Positions 10,699 to 20,789 are shown, counted from the first letter of the stretch. The stretch is DNA of 64,000 nucleotides from an uncultured Acidobacteriota bacterium (GCA_963720545.1 OY970399.1:2560001-2624000); one strand, 5' to 3'. Program-made: numbers and translations. Notes: generated by a model from the letters alone, not told the origin.

Positions 10699-12090
10699 AT
10701 GATTAGCCAGGCCGCAGCCGAACGCCGTCAGAACCGCGCACGTACGCTGCTCGCCAACCATTCGTGGCACGAGCTGCGCCGGATGCTTGCCGGGCTGCAC
10801 GCCGCCGACGTTGCCGACGTGATGGGCGCCTTCGAGGGCGATGACGAGCTGATCCTCTTCCGCCTGCTCGGTTCCGGCAAGGGCGACGTGTTCGCCTACC
10901 TGCCGCCCGATCGCCAGCGGCGCATCCTGCGCACCGTGCCCCCGCAGCAGCTCGCAGAGATCGTCGGCCAGATGCGGCCCGACGATCGCGCGCGCATGGT
11001 GGAGGTGCTGCCCAAGCCGATAGCGCACGCCATTCTCGGGCGGCTGCCCCCTTCCGAGCTGAAGGCGAGCCTGGCGCTCCTCAGCTATCCCGAGAACACC
11101 GCCGGCCGCTACATGACGCCGAACTTTGCGTCGGTCGCGCCCGGAATGACCGCTGCCGAAGCGCTGGAGCACGTCCGGCGCACCGGCCGCAACAAGGAGA
11201 CGCTGAACGTCGTCTACGTGGTGGATGAGCACGGCAAGCTGCTCGCGGGCGTGCGCCTCGGCTCGCTGGTGCTGGCGGCACCCGGCACGCTGGTCACCGA
11301 CACCGACGACTCGCCGCTGGTGGCGCTGCCCGACACCACACCGCGCGAGGAAGTGCTGCGCATCTTCGAACGCTACGACCGCGTCGCCCTGCCGGTGGTG
11401 GACGACGAGTTCCTGATGCTCGGCATCATCACCATCGACGACATCCTCGACGTCGCCGAGGCGCAAACGACCAAAGGCATTCACAAGATGGGCGGCCTCG
11501 AGGCGCTCGACATGCCCTACGAGACCGTCGGCTTCTGGGAGATGGCGCGCAAGCGCGGCGGCTGGCTCGCCGCCCTGTTCATCGGCGAGATGCTGACGGC
11601 CACTGCCATGAGCCACTACGAGCACGAGATCGCGCGCGCCGTGGTGCTCGCCTTGTTCGTGCCGCTCATCATCAGCAGCGGCGGCAACTCCGGCTCGCAG
11701 GCGGCCTCGCTCATCATCCGCGCGCTGGCGCTCGAGGAGCTGCGCATTCGCGACTGGCTGCGCGTCTGCCGCCGCGAGATCTTCTCCGGCTTGACGCTCG
11801 GCGCCGGGCTCGGCGTCATCGGCTTCGTGCGCATCGTGCTGTGGCAAAAGTTCGGCATCAACGACTACGGCCCGCACTACCTGCTGTTGGCAGCAGCGGT
11901 CGCGATGAGCCTCGTCGGCGTCGTCACGTTTGGCACGCTCTCGGGCAGCATGCTGCCGTTCCTGCTGCGGCGCTTCGGCTTCGATCCGGCCACCAGCTCG
12001 GCGCCGTTCGTTGCGACGCTCGTGGACGTCACCGGCCTCGTCATCTACTTCCAGGTGGCGGCGCTGATCCTGCGCGGCACCTTGTTGTGA
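10699..12090 (+). CDS. mgtE: Magnesium transporter MgtE
   Basis: PDDRAR, YPENTAGRYMT CBS pair, SSGGNSGSQ, DPATSSAPFVATLVDVTG. Confidence 0.95.
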   Translation: MISQAAAERRQNRARTLLANHSWHELRRMLAGLHAADVADVMGAFEGDDELILFRLLGSGKGDVFAYLPPDRQRRILRTVPPQQLAEIVGQMRPDDRARMVEVLPKPIAHAILGRLPPSELKASLALLSYPENTAGRYMTPNFASVAPGMTAAEALEHVRRTGRNKETLNVVYVVDEHGKLLAGVRLGSLVLAAPGTLVTDTDDSPLVALPDTTPREEVLRIFERYDRVALPVVDDEFLMLGIITIDDILDVAEAQTTKGIHKMGGLEALDMPYETVGFWEMARKRGGWLAALFIGEMLTATAMSHYEHEIARAVVLALFVPLIISSGGNSGSQAASLIIRALALEELRIRDWLRVCRREIFSGLTLGAGLGVIGFVRIVLWQKFGINDYGPHYLLLAAAVAMSLVGVVTFGTLSGSMLPFLLRRFGFDPATSSAPFVATLVDVTGLVIYFQVAALILRGTLL

Positions 12091-12100
12091 GCGCTTCGCT

Positions 12101-13048
12101 TTAGCGGAACTGCGCGAAGAATGCCGCGGCGGTGCGGTCGCGTTCCACGCGGTTGCGGAAGAGGGTGTGTCCGTCGTCGTCGAAGATCCGCACCGCGTAG
12201 CGGGAACCTTGCTTCGACAGCGCCCTGGCGAGCTCCAGCGTGTGCGTCACAGGCACTCCCTTATCGTCCGTGCCGTGCATCAGCAGCAGCGGCACGGTGA
12301 GCGCTTCGGGCCAGCGGCGGGCCGAGCGCGCCGCGACGATGCCGGCTCGGTTGGTCGCGAAGTCGCTTCCCCAGATCTGCGGGCCGAGAGCCGCAGCCCG
12401 TTCGTCGGAGTTCAGGTACTCATCCAGGTCGGTGATGGCGCCGAAGGTGGCCGCTGCGCGCGCCTTCAGCCCTGCGCGTATCGCGAGAAACGTCATGATG
12501 CCGCCGCGCGACTCGCCGTAGAGGAACAGCGCTTCGGTGTTGGCCGCGTGCAGTGCCGCGGCGGCAATGACGGCGTTGCCGATGTCGTGGACGTCGGCGC
12601 CGCCCATCTCGTCGTGGCCCGCCATGCCGTCGCTGCCGCGAAACATCGGCGCCAGCACCGTGAAGCCCGCCTCGGCGAGGCGGTGAAAGGTCGCCGCGAG
12701 ATGCGGCGCTTGTCCTTCGACCACGTAGCTGCCGCGCAGGAACACGATGAGCGGACGCAGTGCCGCCGGCGCCACCGCCGGGCGGTAGAGGTAGGCACTG
12801 ACCTCGAGGCCGTCGCTGCGGTATGTGAATCGCTCGAGGCGGTACTCGGTGTCGGCGCGCAACGCGTCGTACTCCGCACGCTCCGTCGAACGGTCAAGGC
12901 GTTCCACGGACTCCCACGCGGGCAGCCTCACTACCGCCGGCTGCTGCACGATCGTGCTGTCGGCTTCGTTGCCGGCCGCGCTCGCGCTGGCGCAGGACCA
13001 GAGAGCGAGCGACATGGCCAGGGCGGCGGCGCTGGTGCGCTGGTTCAT
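12101..13048 (-). CDS. Secreted alpha/beta hydrolase (S9 prolyl oligopeptidase-like)
   Basis: TYRSDGLEV, GESRGG nucleophile elbow, LLMHGTDD, GH catalytic His; ATG at 13048 overlaps the upstream stop. Confidence 0.8.
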   Translation of the reverse strand: MNQRTSAAALAMSLALWSCASASAAGNEADSTIVQQPAVVRLPAWESVERLDRSTERAEYDALRADTEYRLERFTYRSDGLEVSAYLYRPAVAPAALRPLIVFLRGSYVVEGQAPHLAATFHRLAEAGFTVLAPMFRGSDGMAGHDEMGGADVHDIGNAVIAAAALHAANTEALFLYGESRGGIMTFLAIRAGLKARAAATFGAITDLDEYLNSDERAAALGPQIWGSDFATNRAGIVAARSARRWPEALTVPLLLMHGTDDKGVPVTHTLELARALSKQGSRYAVRIFDDDGHTLFRNRVERDRTAAAFFAQFR

Positions 13049-14406
13049 GTCGTCTTGACGAGCGAAGCGCGCGATTGGTTCCCGCGCCATGCGTCGAGCA
13101 TGAGAATGCCGATGACGACCAGCGACCAGAAGACGGCGCGTCCCGGCGTCAGCGCCGGCTGCGTGAGGCGCGGCAGAATGTCGTTGAGCGACGCGCCGCC
13201 GATGCTCAGCGCGTCCCAGATCGGGGCCGGCCCCGCGCGATCGGCCAGCAGCAGGCGCGCGTCCGGCCGCGCGCTCATGTAGAGCGCGAGAGCCAGGCCC
13301 CAGGCGAGCAGCAGGTAGCGGCAGCGGGCGAGGCCGCCCCGCCACTCGGCCACGCGGCAGGCGGCCGCGATGGCCAGGAACGGCACCAGCGGCACGAGGA
13401 AGCGCGCCGGCGGACAAAAACCCGCCCACCAGGTGCGCCACAGCAGGACGGGCAGCACCAGCGAGACGGCGAGTGTCGCTGCCCAGAAGCGCGCGGCGCC
13501 GAGGCGGTGCCACCACGAAGCCGCGCCGGCGAGGCCGAGGATGAAGGCAGGTGCGATGGGCAGCAGCCCGAAGGCGCCATCCAGGAGCAGCCCGGGCAGG
13601 CTGAGCCACGGCGACGAGCGCTGGATCTTGCGCGGCACCTTCGAGCCGTAGAGGGACAGCGGTGACGGGTCGCCGAACACGCGGTAGTGGTGCAGCGCGT
13701 ACGCGGCCAGGAATGCCCCGACGACGCAGCCGAACGCAATCCGCTCACGGCCGCGCAGGCGCGCGAGGCCCATGAGCGCGAGCACGGCCATCGCCGGGAT
13801 CATCTTGACGTGCAGCAGCGGCAGCGCGCCGACGCAGGCCGCGGCCAGCACGGCACGTGCCATGCCGCGCGGGTGGAGCAGCAGCAGGAAGCCGCCGAAC
13901 ACCAGCAGCGCGGAGGGCGACTCCGTGTAGACGTGGAACCCGTAGAAGAAGAGCGGCGGGGAGGCGGCGAGAAGCCATGCCGTGAGCGCGGCATCGGCAT
14001 CGCCGGTCAGCTCGAGCGCGAAGCGGTGCACGAGCGCGATGAGCGCGGCGGCGCAAACCGCCATCAGCACCACGCACGCCGCCCTGCCGCCCGCGGCATA
14101 GAACGGCGCCAGCAGCAGCGGCAAGCCGACGCTGTGGGTCGAAATCGGCCGGCCGTCGGCGCGCCAGGTGCCATACGGCATCTCGCGCAGGTCGTGGGTG
14201 TACTCGAGATGGTCGCCGCGCCTGAAGTTATCGGCAAGGTCGAGGTCGTGCTCGCGCCACAGGCTCTGCGCGAGCAGCAGGTACTCCACCTCGTCGCCGC
14301 TCGCCGGCACCGCGCGGACATAGCGCAGCCCGAAGCCGAGGATGAAAACCAGTGGCAGCAGGAAGAACGCGAGGCGCGGCAGCGCCGGAACGCGCCCCTT
14401 AGGCAC
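13045..14406 (-). CDS. Polytopic membrane protein, GT-C-fold glycosyltransferase-like
   Basis: GDEVEYLLLAQSL...DLDLAD first loop, many TM helices, PARFLVP motif. Confidence 0.65.
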   Translation of the reverse strand: MPKGRVPALPRLAFFLLPLVFILGFGLRYVRAVPASGDEVEYLLLAQSLWREHDLDLADNFRRGDHLEYTHDLREMPYGTWRADGRPISTHSVGLPLLLAPFYAAGGRAACVVLMAVCAAALIALVHRFALELTGDADAALTAWLLAASPPLFFYGFHVYTESPSALLVFGGFLLLLHPRGMARAVLAAACVGALPLLHVKMIPAMAVLALMGLARLRGRERIAFGCVVGAFLAAYALHHYRVFGDPSPLSLYGSKVPRKIQRSSPWLSLPGLLLDGAFGLLPIAPAFILGLAGAASWWHRLGAARFWAATLAVSLVLPVLLWRTWWAGFCPPARFLVPLVPFLAIAAACRVAEWRGGLARCRYLLLAWGLALALYMSARPDARLLLADRAGPAPIWDALSIGGASLNDILPRLTQPALTPGRAVFWSLVVIGILMLDAWRGNQSRASLVKTT

Positions 14407-15466
14407 GCACGAGCGTGGCGCCCCAGCTCATGCCGGCGCCGAATGCCACCATCAGGACCAGGTCGTTCCGCTGGATGCGCCCCGCGCGCACCGCCTCGTC
14501 CCAGAGCAGCGGGATGGTGGCGGCGGTGGTGTTCCCGTAACGCTCGATGTTGTGGATCATCTTGCTGTCGGGAATGCCGAGCGCCAGCTGGCAATGCTCG
14601 TTGATGCGCTTGTTCGCCTGGTGCATCAGCACGATCGCGAGGTCGTCGACGCCGATCGCGTTCCGCTCCAGCACAGCCCGCGCGCTCGCGACCATGCTGG
14701 TGGTGGCGATGCGGAACACGTGGCGCCCGTCCATCACCGGGATGTGGTCGCCGCGCTCGATCTGCTCGTTGTCGATGTAGGGCCGGCGCCTGAATCCGGC
14801 GCCAGGAACGTACAGCTTGTCGTAGTCCGCGCCCTCGGTGTGCAGGTCGTGGTCGACGATGCCGCGGCCGTCCGACGCGTCGCTGGCGCGCACCACCACC
14901 GCGGCGCCGCCATCGCCGAACAGCACCGTGAGGTGGCGGAAGCGCGTGTTCCACTCCCACTCCTGCGGCGTCGGCGCGGTTTGTGACTCCGAATACAGGT
15001 AGCGCCAGTTCTCCTTGCTGAAGGGCATGAAGCCGCTGTGCACTTCCGCGCCGACGACCAGCACCGTTTTCGCGAGGCCAGAGCGCACGTGCGCATCGGC
15101 GAGCTGCAGGGCATACAGGAAGCCGACGCATTGCTGGCGGATGTCGAAGCAGGGAACCTGCCGTAATCCGAGCTCGGCCTGAAGCAGGGCGCCGTTCCCT
15201 GGAAAGAGGTGGTCCGGCGTCATGGTCGCGAACACCACGAGGTCCACCTCTTCGGGCGCGACCCCGGCCGACTCGAGCGCCTGGCGCGCCGCCGCGGCGC
15301 CGAGCGCCAGGGAGCCGGTGCCTTCCTCAACGTAATGGCGCTGCACCACACCGCTGCGCTCGCGGATCCAGGAATCGCTCGTCTCCATGACGCGGGCGAG
15401 CATGTCGTTGGTCACCGCGCGCGGCGGGATCGCGGCGCCGCTGCCGGCGATGAGGGATCGGGACAT
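14399..15466 (-). CDS. fabH: 3-oxoacyl-ACP synthase III (FabH family)
   Basis: ETSDSWIRERSG, DIRQQCVGF (catalytic Cys), LFGDGGAA, HQAN, YGNTTAATIP, FGAG. Confidence 0.9.
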   Translation of the reverse strand: MSRSLIAGSGAAIPPRAVTNDMLARVMETSDSWIRERSGVVQRHYVEEGTGSLALGAAAARQALESAGVAPEEVDLVVFATMTPDHLFPGNGALLQAELGLRQVPCFDIRQQCVGFLYALQLADAHVRSGLAKTVLVVGAEVHSGFMPFSKENWRYLYSESQTAPTPQEWEWNTRFRHLTVLFGDGGAAVVVRASDASDGRGIVDHDLHTEGADYDKLYVPGAGFRRRPYIDNEQIERGDHIPVMDGRHVFRIATTSMVASARAVLERNAIGVDDLAIVLMHQANKRINEHCQLALGIPDSKMIHNIERYGNTTAATIPLLWDEAVRAGRIQRNDLVLMVAFGAGMSWGATLVRA

Positions 15467-15496
15467 CGCTCCCGATTGTAGGCTAACGTCGTTGAC

Positions 15497-15943
15497 GTGC
15501 TCGAAGTTGGCGACGCCGCACCCGATTTCGAAGTGGGCGGCAGTTCACTCCACGCTGTGGCGGCACAGGGCGACGGCGCGGTGGTCTTCTTCTATCCCAA
15601 GGCGTTCACTCCCGGTTGAACGTCCGAGGCCGGCGAGTTTCGCCGGCGATTCCCGCACCTTGCCGAAGCCGGCATGGCGGTGGTGGGCGTATCCTCCGAC
15701 ACGCAGGAGGTGGCGGACCGGTTCGCCGCCAGCCTGGAGCTGCCGTACCCTCTGGTCGGCAACCAGGACGGCTCGGTCGGCGCCGCATACGGCGTAAAGT
15801 GGCCCGTCATCGGTTTCTTCCGCCGGGCCAGCTTCGTGATCGGGCGGGACGGTGTGATCGAGGCCGCTTTGAGGCAGGAATCGAAGCCGCTGACCCACGC
15901 CAACTGGGCCCTCGACAAGGTGCGACGGCGCACCAAAGCCTGA
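15497..15943 (+). CDS. Peroxiredoxin (BCP/PrxQ type) with in-frame UGA at the peroxidatic Cys; probable selenoprotein
   Basis: GTG at 15497 gives MLEVGDAAPDF...VVFFYPKAFTPG-TGA(15617-15619)-TSEA, continuing in frame into the 15674..15943 ORF (VVGVSSD...LPYPLVG...RASFVIGRDG). Confidence 0.85.
15629..15647 (+). promoter_or_regulatory. SECIS-like hairpin
   Basis: GCCGGCGA-GTT-TCGCCGGC perfect 8-bp stem starting 9 nt after the UGA, with G in the apical loop 17 nt after the UGA. Confidence 0.6.
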
Positions 15944-15982
15944 CCCGGCTGGAATTAACATCGAGGGCTCGCGAAAGCGCCC

Positions 15983-17635
15983 GTGTTTACAGACCTCTCC
16001 ACCACCCCGATTTCGGAAACGATCCGCCAGATTTCCGCCGGCCGCAAGACCGGGGATCTCACGGTCAGTTCGGGACGTGACGTCAAGACCATCTTCTTCG
16101 ACCACGGCCGCGTGGTGTTCGCGGGCAGCAACGTCAAGGCCGACCGACTCGGCGAATCGCTGATGTCGCAGGGCCGCGTGGTCCGCGAGGACGTCGAGAA
16201 GGCGCTCGTGGTCATGGCCAACAGCGGCCGCAAGCGCCACTTCGGCGAGGCGCTGGTGGAAGCGGGGGTCCTCGACCGCCGTGAACTCGGCGGCTCGGTG
16301 GCGCGCCAGGTGACGCAGATCGTGCTGTCGCTGTTCGAGCTCGAATCGGGCCAGTCGATCTTCGAGGAGCGGCGCTGTCCCATCCCGCTCGAGTTCATGG
16401 TGAGCCTGTCGGTGCACCGCATTCTCTACGTCGGCATCCGCCAGATGAAGAACGCGGCGTTCGTGCAGAACGGCATCGGCGAGCTCGACCGCCGCGTAAT
16501 CCTCTCGGCGGCGCCGCCGTTCCGCTTCGGCACGCGCAAGTGCGGCGCCGAGGAGCTCGAGATCCTCGACCAGGCGACGAAGCCGGTGACCGTGCGGCGC
16601 CTGGCGTGGGCGCCCGGCGGCATCGTGGCCTCACGCCTGCGCAGCGTGTATGCGTTCATCGCTTCGGGCGTGCTCGATTCGGTGGGCGGCGACGAGTCCG
16701 AGCAGCAGCCGGTGATCCAGATGGAAACCAGCACCTTCCTGTTGTCGGCGCTGCGCAGCCGCCCCGACCCGACCTTCCGCGAGGCGATCAACGAGGAAGT
16801 GGAGCAGGAGCTGGCGCGTTCGGACAAGTTCGACCGCGAGAGCTGGCTCAACCTGTCGAAGACCGCCCCGAAGGACGAACTCGTCAAGGCGCTCGAGGAA
16901 AAGATGGAGCGCTACCACCAGCTGCTGGAAGCGGTGGGCGACGACGAGGAGCTGAAGCGCGACATCGAGATGATCCTCGGACGCGCCTCCGCGATGCTGC
17001 GGCTCGCGCGCCAGACCGCTGCCGCCGAAGGGCCGCAGACGCTCGCTTTCCGCCCCCCGCCGGGGGTGGCCCCGGTTCACGCAGGCGGTGAAATCCCGCC
17101 TGGCGCGCCGCCCGATACGCCGCCCGCCGCGCCCTCGGAGCAGGGTTCGACTCCGGCTCCGGCAGTGCCGCGGGCGACGGCCAACATGCAGCGGGTGACC
17201 ACCGGCTCCACCGGCGTCGGCGCGAGCGCCTTCCAGGGCGCCGCGTTTGCCGACCACCTGCTGCTCGAGGCGCAGGCGCGCATGGTGGTGAACGATTTCG
17301 TGAACGCGGCCCGCGTGTACGAGAAACTGGTCGACCACATGCCCGAAGTGCCCGGCTATCACGCGCGCTATGCCATCGCCCTGTCGCGCCACCCGGCGAG
17401 CGCCAAGCGCGCCGAACGCGAGTTCCTCGAGGCGATCCGCCTCGACCCCGACAATGCCGACTTCCGCTACCAGCTCGGCTTGTACTACAAGAGGATGAAG
17501 CAGCGCTCCCGCGCCCTCGCCGAGCTGCGCACTGCGGTGCGCCTGGACGCCAAGCACCGCGGCGCCCGCCAGGAGCTGGAGGCGCTCTCACCCAAGGATT
17601 CGGTCCTCGACAACCTGCGCAAGCTCTTCAAGTAA
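15983..17635 (+). CDS. DUF4388-type N-terminal domain protein with C-terminal TPRs
   Basis: KTGDLTV...KTIFFDHGRVVFAGSN...RLGESL pattern; Pro-rich linker; AIRLDPDNADFRYQLG TPRs. Confidence 0.75.
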   Translation: MFTDLSTTPISETIRQISAGRKTGDLTVSSGRDVKTIFFDHGRVVFAGSNVKADRLGESLMSQGRVVREDVEKALVVMANSGRKRHFGEALVEAGVLDRRELGGSVARQVTQIVLSLFELESGQSIFEERRCPIPLEFMVSLSVHRILYVGIRQMKNAAFVQNGIGELDRRVILSAAPPFRFGTRKCGAEELEILDQATKPVTVRRLAWAPGGIVASRLRSVYAFIASGVLDSVGGDESEQQPVIQMETSTFLLSALRSRPDPTFREAINEEVEQELARSDKFDRESWLNLSKTAPKDELVKALEEKMERYHQLLEAVGDDEELKRDIEMILGRASAMLRLARQTAAAEGPQTLAFRPPPGVAPVHAGGEIPPGAPPDTPPAAPSEQGSTPAPAVPRATANMQRVTTGSTGVGASAFQGAAFADHLLLEAQARMVVNDFVNAARVYEKLVDHMPEVPGYHARYAIALSRHPASAKRAEREFLEAIRLDPDNADFRYQLGLYYKRMKQRSRALAELRTAVRLDAKHRGARQELEALSPKDSVLDNLRKLFK

Positions 17636-17674
17636 GGTGCGAGAATAGTCCTCGACTTTCGAGGGGGTTCATCC

Positions 17675-18058
17675 GTGAGGCTTCGTTCTGAACGCATCGG
17701 GATCGTCGCGCTGCTCGCGGCCGCGGCGCCCCTGTTGAGCTGCGGCACGATTCACGACCGCTTCCGCGAGTGCGAGGAAGTGAACGTGACCATGAGCGTC
17801 AGCCACCAGGTGCTCACGGGTGCCAACGTGATCGCCGAGAACGAGACGGTCAGCGCCGGCAACTTCCTCGCGCCGGGCGCCGCGCGCGTCTTCGGGGTGT
17901 GCGTCGAGCGCGGCGACCGCAAGCGCTTCATCGCCTTCCGCAACGGCGTCAGCGAGTTCCAGGTCACCTGCGTCGCGACCTTCAGCGACGACCAGGCGCT
18001 GACGGCGCACCCCAGGGTCGAGCTCGGCCCCACCGAGCTCGCGTGTCAGGACTGGTAG
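17675..18058 (+). CDS. Hypothetical lipoprotein
   Basis: Lipobox LLSC after hydrophobic stretch; four further Cys; GAGGGGG RBS. Confidence 0.6.
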   Translation: MRLRSERIGIVALLAAAAPLLSCGTIHDRFRECEEVNVTMSVSHQVLTGANVIAENETVSAGNFLAPGAARVFGVCVERGDRKRFIAFRNGVSEFQVTCVATFSDDQALTAHPRVELGPTELACQDW

Positions 18059-18062
18059 CGCC

Positions 18063-19325
18063 TCAGATCCACTTGACGAACCAGGTCCACGCGCCCACGC
18101 CGAGGAAGCGGGCCTGGAACCAGGTCGTGGGAATCGGCACCGCGGTCAGGACCGGGAAGAACAGCAAGAACAACGCGACGACCAGCACCACGTAGCCGCG
18201 CGCCACGGCCCGCAGGCGGCCGTCCCACAAGAAGTCGAGCGCCGCGCCGAGCGCCAGGCACGCATAGGGGATCGCCTCCAGGAGGTAGTGCGAGTAGTTG
18301 AGGGTGCGCGGCGAAATGCCCCACGGCAGGTACATGCAGAAGAACCCGGCGCCAGCGAACAGCAGCGCGGCGTTGCGCTTCCACAGGCCGGTGACGAACG
18401 CCCAGGCGCTGATCGGCACCGATAGCCACCACACCGCCGGGTTGCCGACGGCGAAGATGCCGTAGACCCAGCCGTCGATTTCCTTGTAGTAGTACCAGGT
18501 CGGCCGATACAGCCATGGCCACGTCTGCCAGTTGCTGAAGTAAGGGTGCGTCGCGTTGAGATGCGCGTGGTAGTTCCAGATGTCCTTCTGCAGGTGCCAC
18601 AACGTCGCAAGGCCGGCCTTGTGGATGTGGCCGCTCCAGTCGGGGATGGCGTAGTAGCTGCCGATGTAGATCGCAACCGGCAGCACCACGAACGCGAGCG
18701 CCGCGAGCGCCAGTTCGCGCCAGCGGAGAAAACGCTTCCTGCGCACCACCAGCAGCACCAGGCCGACGAAGCCCCAGGCCCACAGGCTGGTCCAGCGGGT
18801 GGCGAGCGCCAGACCCAGCACCGCGCCGAGCCCGATCATGGAACGCGCGGGCAACGGCTCCTCTTTCGCGGCGCGCACGCCGATGAGCACGGAGCCGAGC
18901 TGGAAGAGGATGGCGAAGATGTTGGTCATCGCGGTGCGGCTTTGCACCAGGTAGACGCCGTCCGCGAGCAGCAGCACGCTTGCCAGCAGCGCCGCGCGCT
19001 GCGACAGGAACTGGCGCGCGAGCAGGAAGAAGACCGGCGCCACCGCTATGCCGGCGAGTGCGGGCAGCAGGCGCCACGCCCACGGCTCGTAGCCGAAGAG
19101 GCGCACGCCGACGCCGATGAGGATCTTGGCCATCGGCGGGTGCACCCATTCGAGCGGCACGACGCCTTCGATGTACTGCTGCGCGGTCTTCGCGTGGTAG
19201 ACCTCGTCGAAGAACTCCTCGCCGGGGACGCCGAGGCGCGGCAAGCGGGTGAGCGCAGCCACCAGCGTGAGGACCAGCGCGATCAGCAGGTCGCGCCGCC
19301 GCGCCGCTGCCCGGTCGCCCTGCAC
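18063..19325 (-). CDS. Protein O-mannosyltransferase-like (GT39/PMT) glycosyltransferase
   Basis: FFDEVYH, EWVHPPMAK, AWRL, QSRTAM, HPYFS..TWPWLYRP, GNPAVWW motifs. Confidence 0.85.
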   Translation of the reverse strand: MQGDRAAARRRDLLIALVLTLVAALTRLPRLGVPGEEFFDEVYHAKTAQQYIEGVVPLEWVHPPMAKILIGVGVRLFGYEPWAWRLLPALAGIAVAPVFFLLARQFLSQRAALLASVLLLADGVYLVQSRTAMTNIFAILFQLGSVLIGVRAAKEEPLPARSMIGLGAVLGLALATRWTSLWAWGFVGLVLLVVRRKRFLRWRELALAALAFVVLPVAIYIGSYYAIPDWSGHIHKAGLATLWHLQKDIWNYHAHLNATHPYFSNWQTWPWLYRPTWYYYKEIDGWVYGIFAVGNPAVWWLSVPISAWAFVTGLWKRNAALLFAGAGFFCMYLPWGISPRTLNYSHYLLEAIPYACLALGAALDFLWDGRLRAVARGYVVLVVALFLLFFPVLTAVPIPTTWFQARFLGVGAWTWFVKWI

Positions 19326-19855
19326 TAGTTGTGGGATGGGACCGGCGCCGGTGTCAGGTCGGACTGCGCCGCTTTCGGGCCGACCCGGCGCGCCACCGGG
19401 CCTTCGGCCATCTTGATCCACTGCGAGGACGAGAGCCGCACGTAGATCTCGACGCGCGCATCCTTCCAATGCGAGTTGCCGAACATCGCCGCCGGCGGTT
19501 CGGGCGAGTGGTAGCGCGCCTCCGACTTGAACTCGAGGAGCAGCGACTGGCCAGCCTTCAGCGGCTTGCCGCCCTGCGTGACGAACTTGAAGTCGGAGCC
19601 CCACGCATCATCCGAGCCCGCCAGGCGGAAGGTGGCCATGGCGCGCACGAACTCGAGGTCGGTTTGGCCCTTGTTGCGGATGTTGACCCGCACCATCGGC
19701 GCGATGTACTGCTCGCCGGCGCTCGCCGGTTCAACGCCCCAGTAGCCGTCGAGGTCCGTAAATTCCACGAACAGGTTGGGGTCTTGAGCCCCGCCGCAGG
19801 CACTCGCACCGAGGCTGGCGGCGAGTATGACGCCGAGGACGGAGCGCTGGCTCAT
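19325..19855 (-). CDS. Hypothetical lipoprotein
   Basis: MSQRSVLGVILAASLGASAC lipobox; good codon usage. Confidence 0.65.
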   Translation of the reverse strand: MSQRSVLGVILAASLGASACGGAQDPNLFVEFTDLDGYWGVEPASAGEQYIAPMVRVNIRNKGQTDLEFVRAMATFRLAGSDDAWGSDFKFVTQGGKPLKAGQSLLLEFKSEARYHSPEPPAAMFGNSHWKDARVEIYVRLSSSQWIKMAEGPVARRVGPKAAQSDLTPAPVPSHN

Positions 19856-20694
19856 GGAGCGATTGTACCCGCGGAGCTGTAGCGAGTTCCGCGAATGAAT
19901 GCGGCCAGCTGGTCGTGCAGGGCCTCGAACGACGGCACCACGAACAGGCGGTCCTGCATCGCCGAGAACTGGTAGCTGGTAGAGGCGACGGTGTCGGCGT
20001 CGAACGGCAGCAACCGCACGTCCGGCGAGAACGCGTGCGGCAGCTCGCCGAAGCTCGAGAGCAGGCCCGCACCGTAGGCCTTGACGCCGCCTTGCTCCTC
20101 GACCAGCCCGAACTCGAGGGTGAACCAGTAGAGGCGGTCGAGGAACACCAGCTGCGCCTGGTTCGCGGTGCGCGCCGCGCGGCCGATGGTGACCGAGAGT
20201 GCCGCGAAATGCGGGTCGACGAACATCGGCATGTGGCCGAGGACCTCGTGGACGATGTCGGGCTCGGGCGTGTACTCGGGCCGCGAGGCGTGGCGAATGT
20301 ACTGCGTAGACGACATCACGCGGTCGGCGAGGCTGCCGAGGAATTCGGCGGGCTCGACCAGTCCCTCGATGGCGCGCACCGTGAACCCGCTCTGTGCTCG
20401 CAGCGCCGCGGAGAGGTCGGCAAGCTGCGGGATCGTGGTGCGCGGGATGCCGAGCACCTGGCGCGCGTGCTGGTAGCGCTGACACGCGTGCGTCGCGTGC
20501 AGGTCGGCGAGCTGCTCCGCGACCGTGCGCCAGGTGCCGTGCTCCTCGCCCGTGTAGACGAGCCGCGGCGGTTCCCGGCCCGCCATGCGGTGGTCGCGGC
20601 AACGCTGCGCGATTTCGTCGCGGCGGGCGCGATAGAGCGGATCGGAAGCTCCCGGATGGTCGATCCCGAGAACCGCGATGTTCTTCGCCGACAT
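19852..20694 (-). CDS. phhA: Phenylalanine 4-monooxygenase
   Basis: TQYIRH, YTPEPDIVHEVLGHMP (two Fe His), LYWFTLEFGL, KAYGAGLLSSFGEL (Fe Glu); GGAG RBS before ATG at 20694. Confidence 0.92.
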   Translation of the reverse strand: MSAKNIAVLGIDHPGASDPLYRARRDEIAQRCRDHRMAGREPPRLVYTGEEHGTWRTVAEQLADLHATHACQRYQHARQVLGIPRTTIPQLADLSAALRAQSGFTVRAIEGLVEPAEFLGSLADRVMSSTQYIRHASRPEYTPEPDIVHEVLGHMPMFVDPHFAALSVTIGRAARTANQAQLVFLDRLYWFTLEFGLVEEQGGVKAYGAGLLSSFGELPHAFSPDVRLLPFDADTVASTSYQFSAMQDRLFVVPSFEALHDQLAAFIRGTRYSSAGTIAP

Positions 20695-20722
20695 GTCTCG
20701 TCTCCTTGGTGAATGCACAAAA

Positions 20723-20758
20723 TGAAAAAGCCCGCGTCCCCTTTCGGGTTGCGGGCTT
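20723..20758 (-). terminator. Intrinsic terminator in the phhA leader (attenuator)
   Basis: Minus strand AAGCCCGC-AA-CCC-GAAA-GGG-GAC-GCGGGCTT-TTTCATTTT, ending ~30 nt before the phhA start. Confidence 0.85.
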
Positions 20759-20789
20759 GACCAGCGTTCGTCAGCTTCGTGAACCGCTG

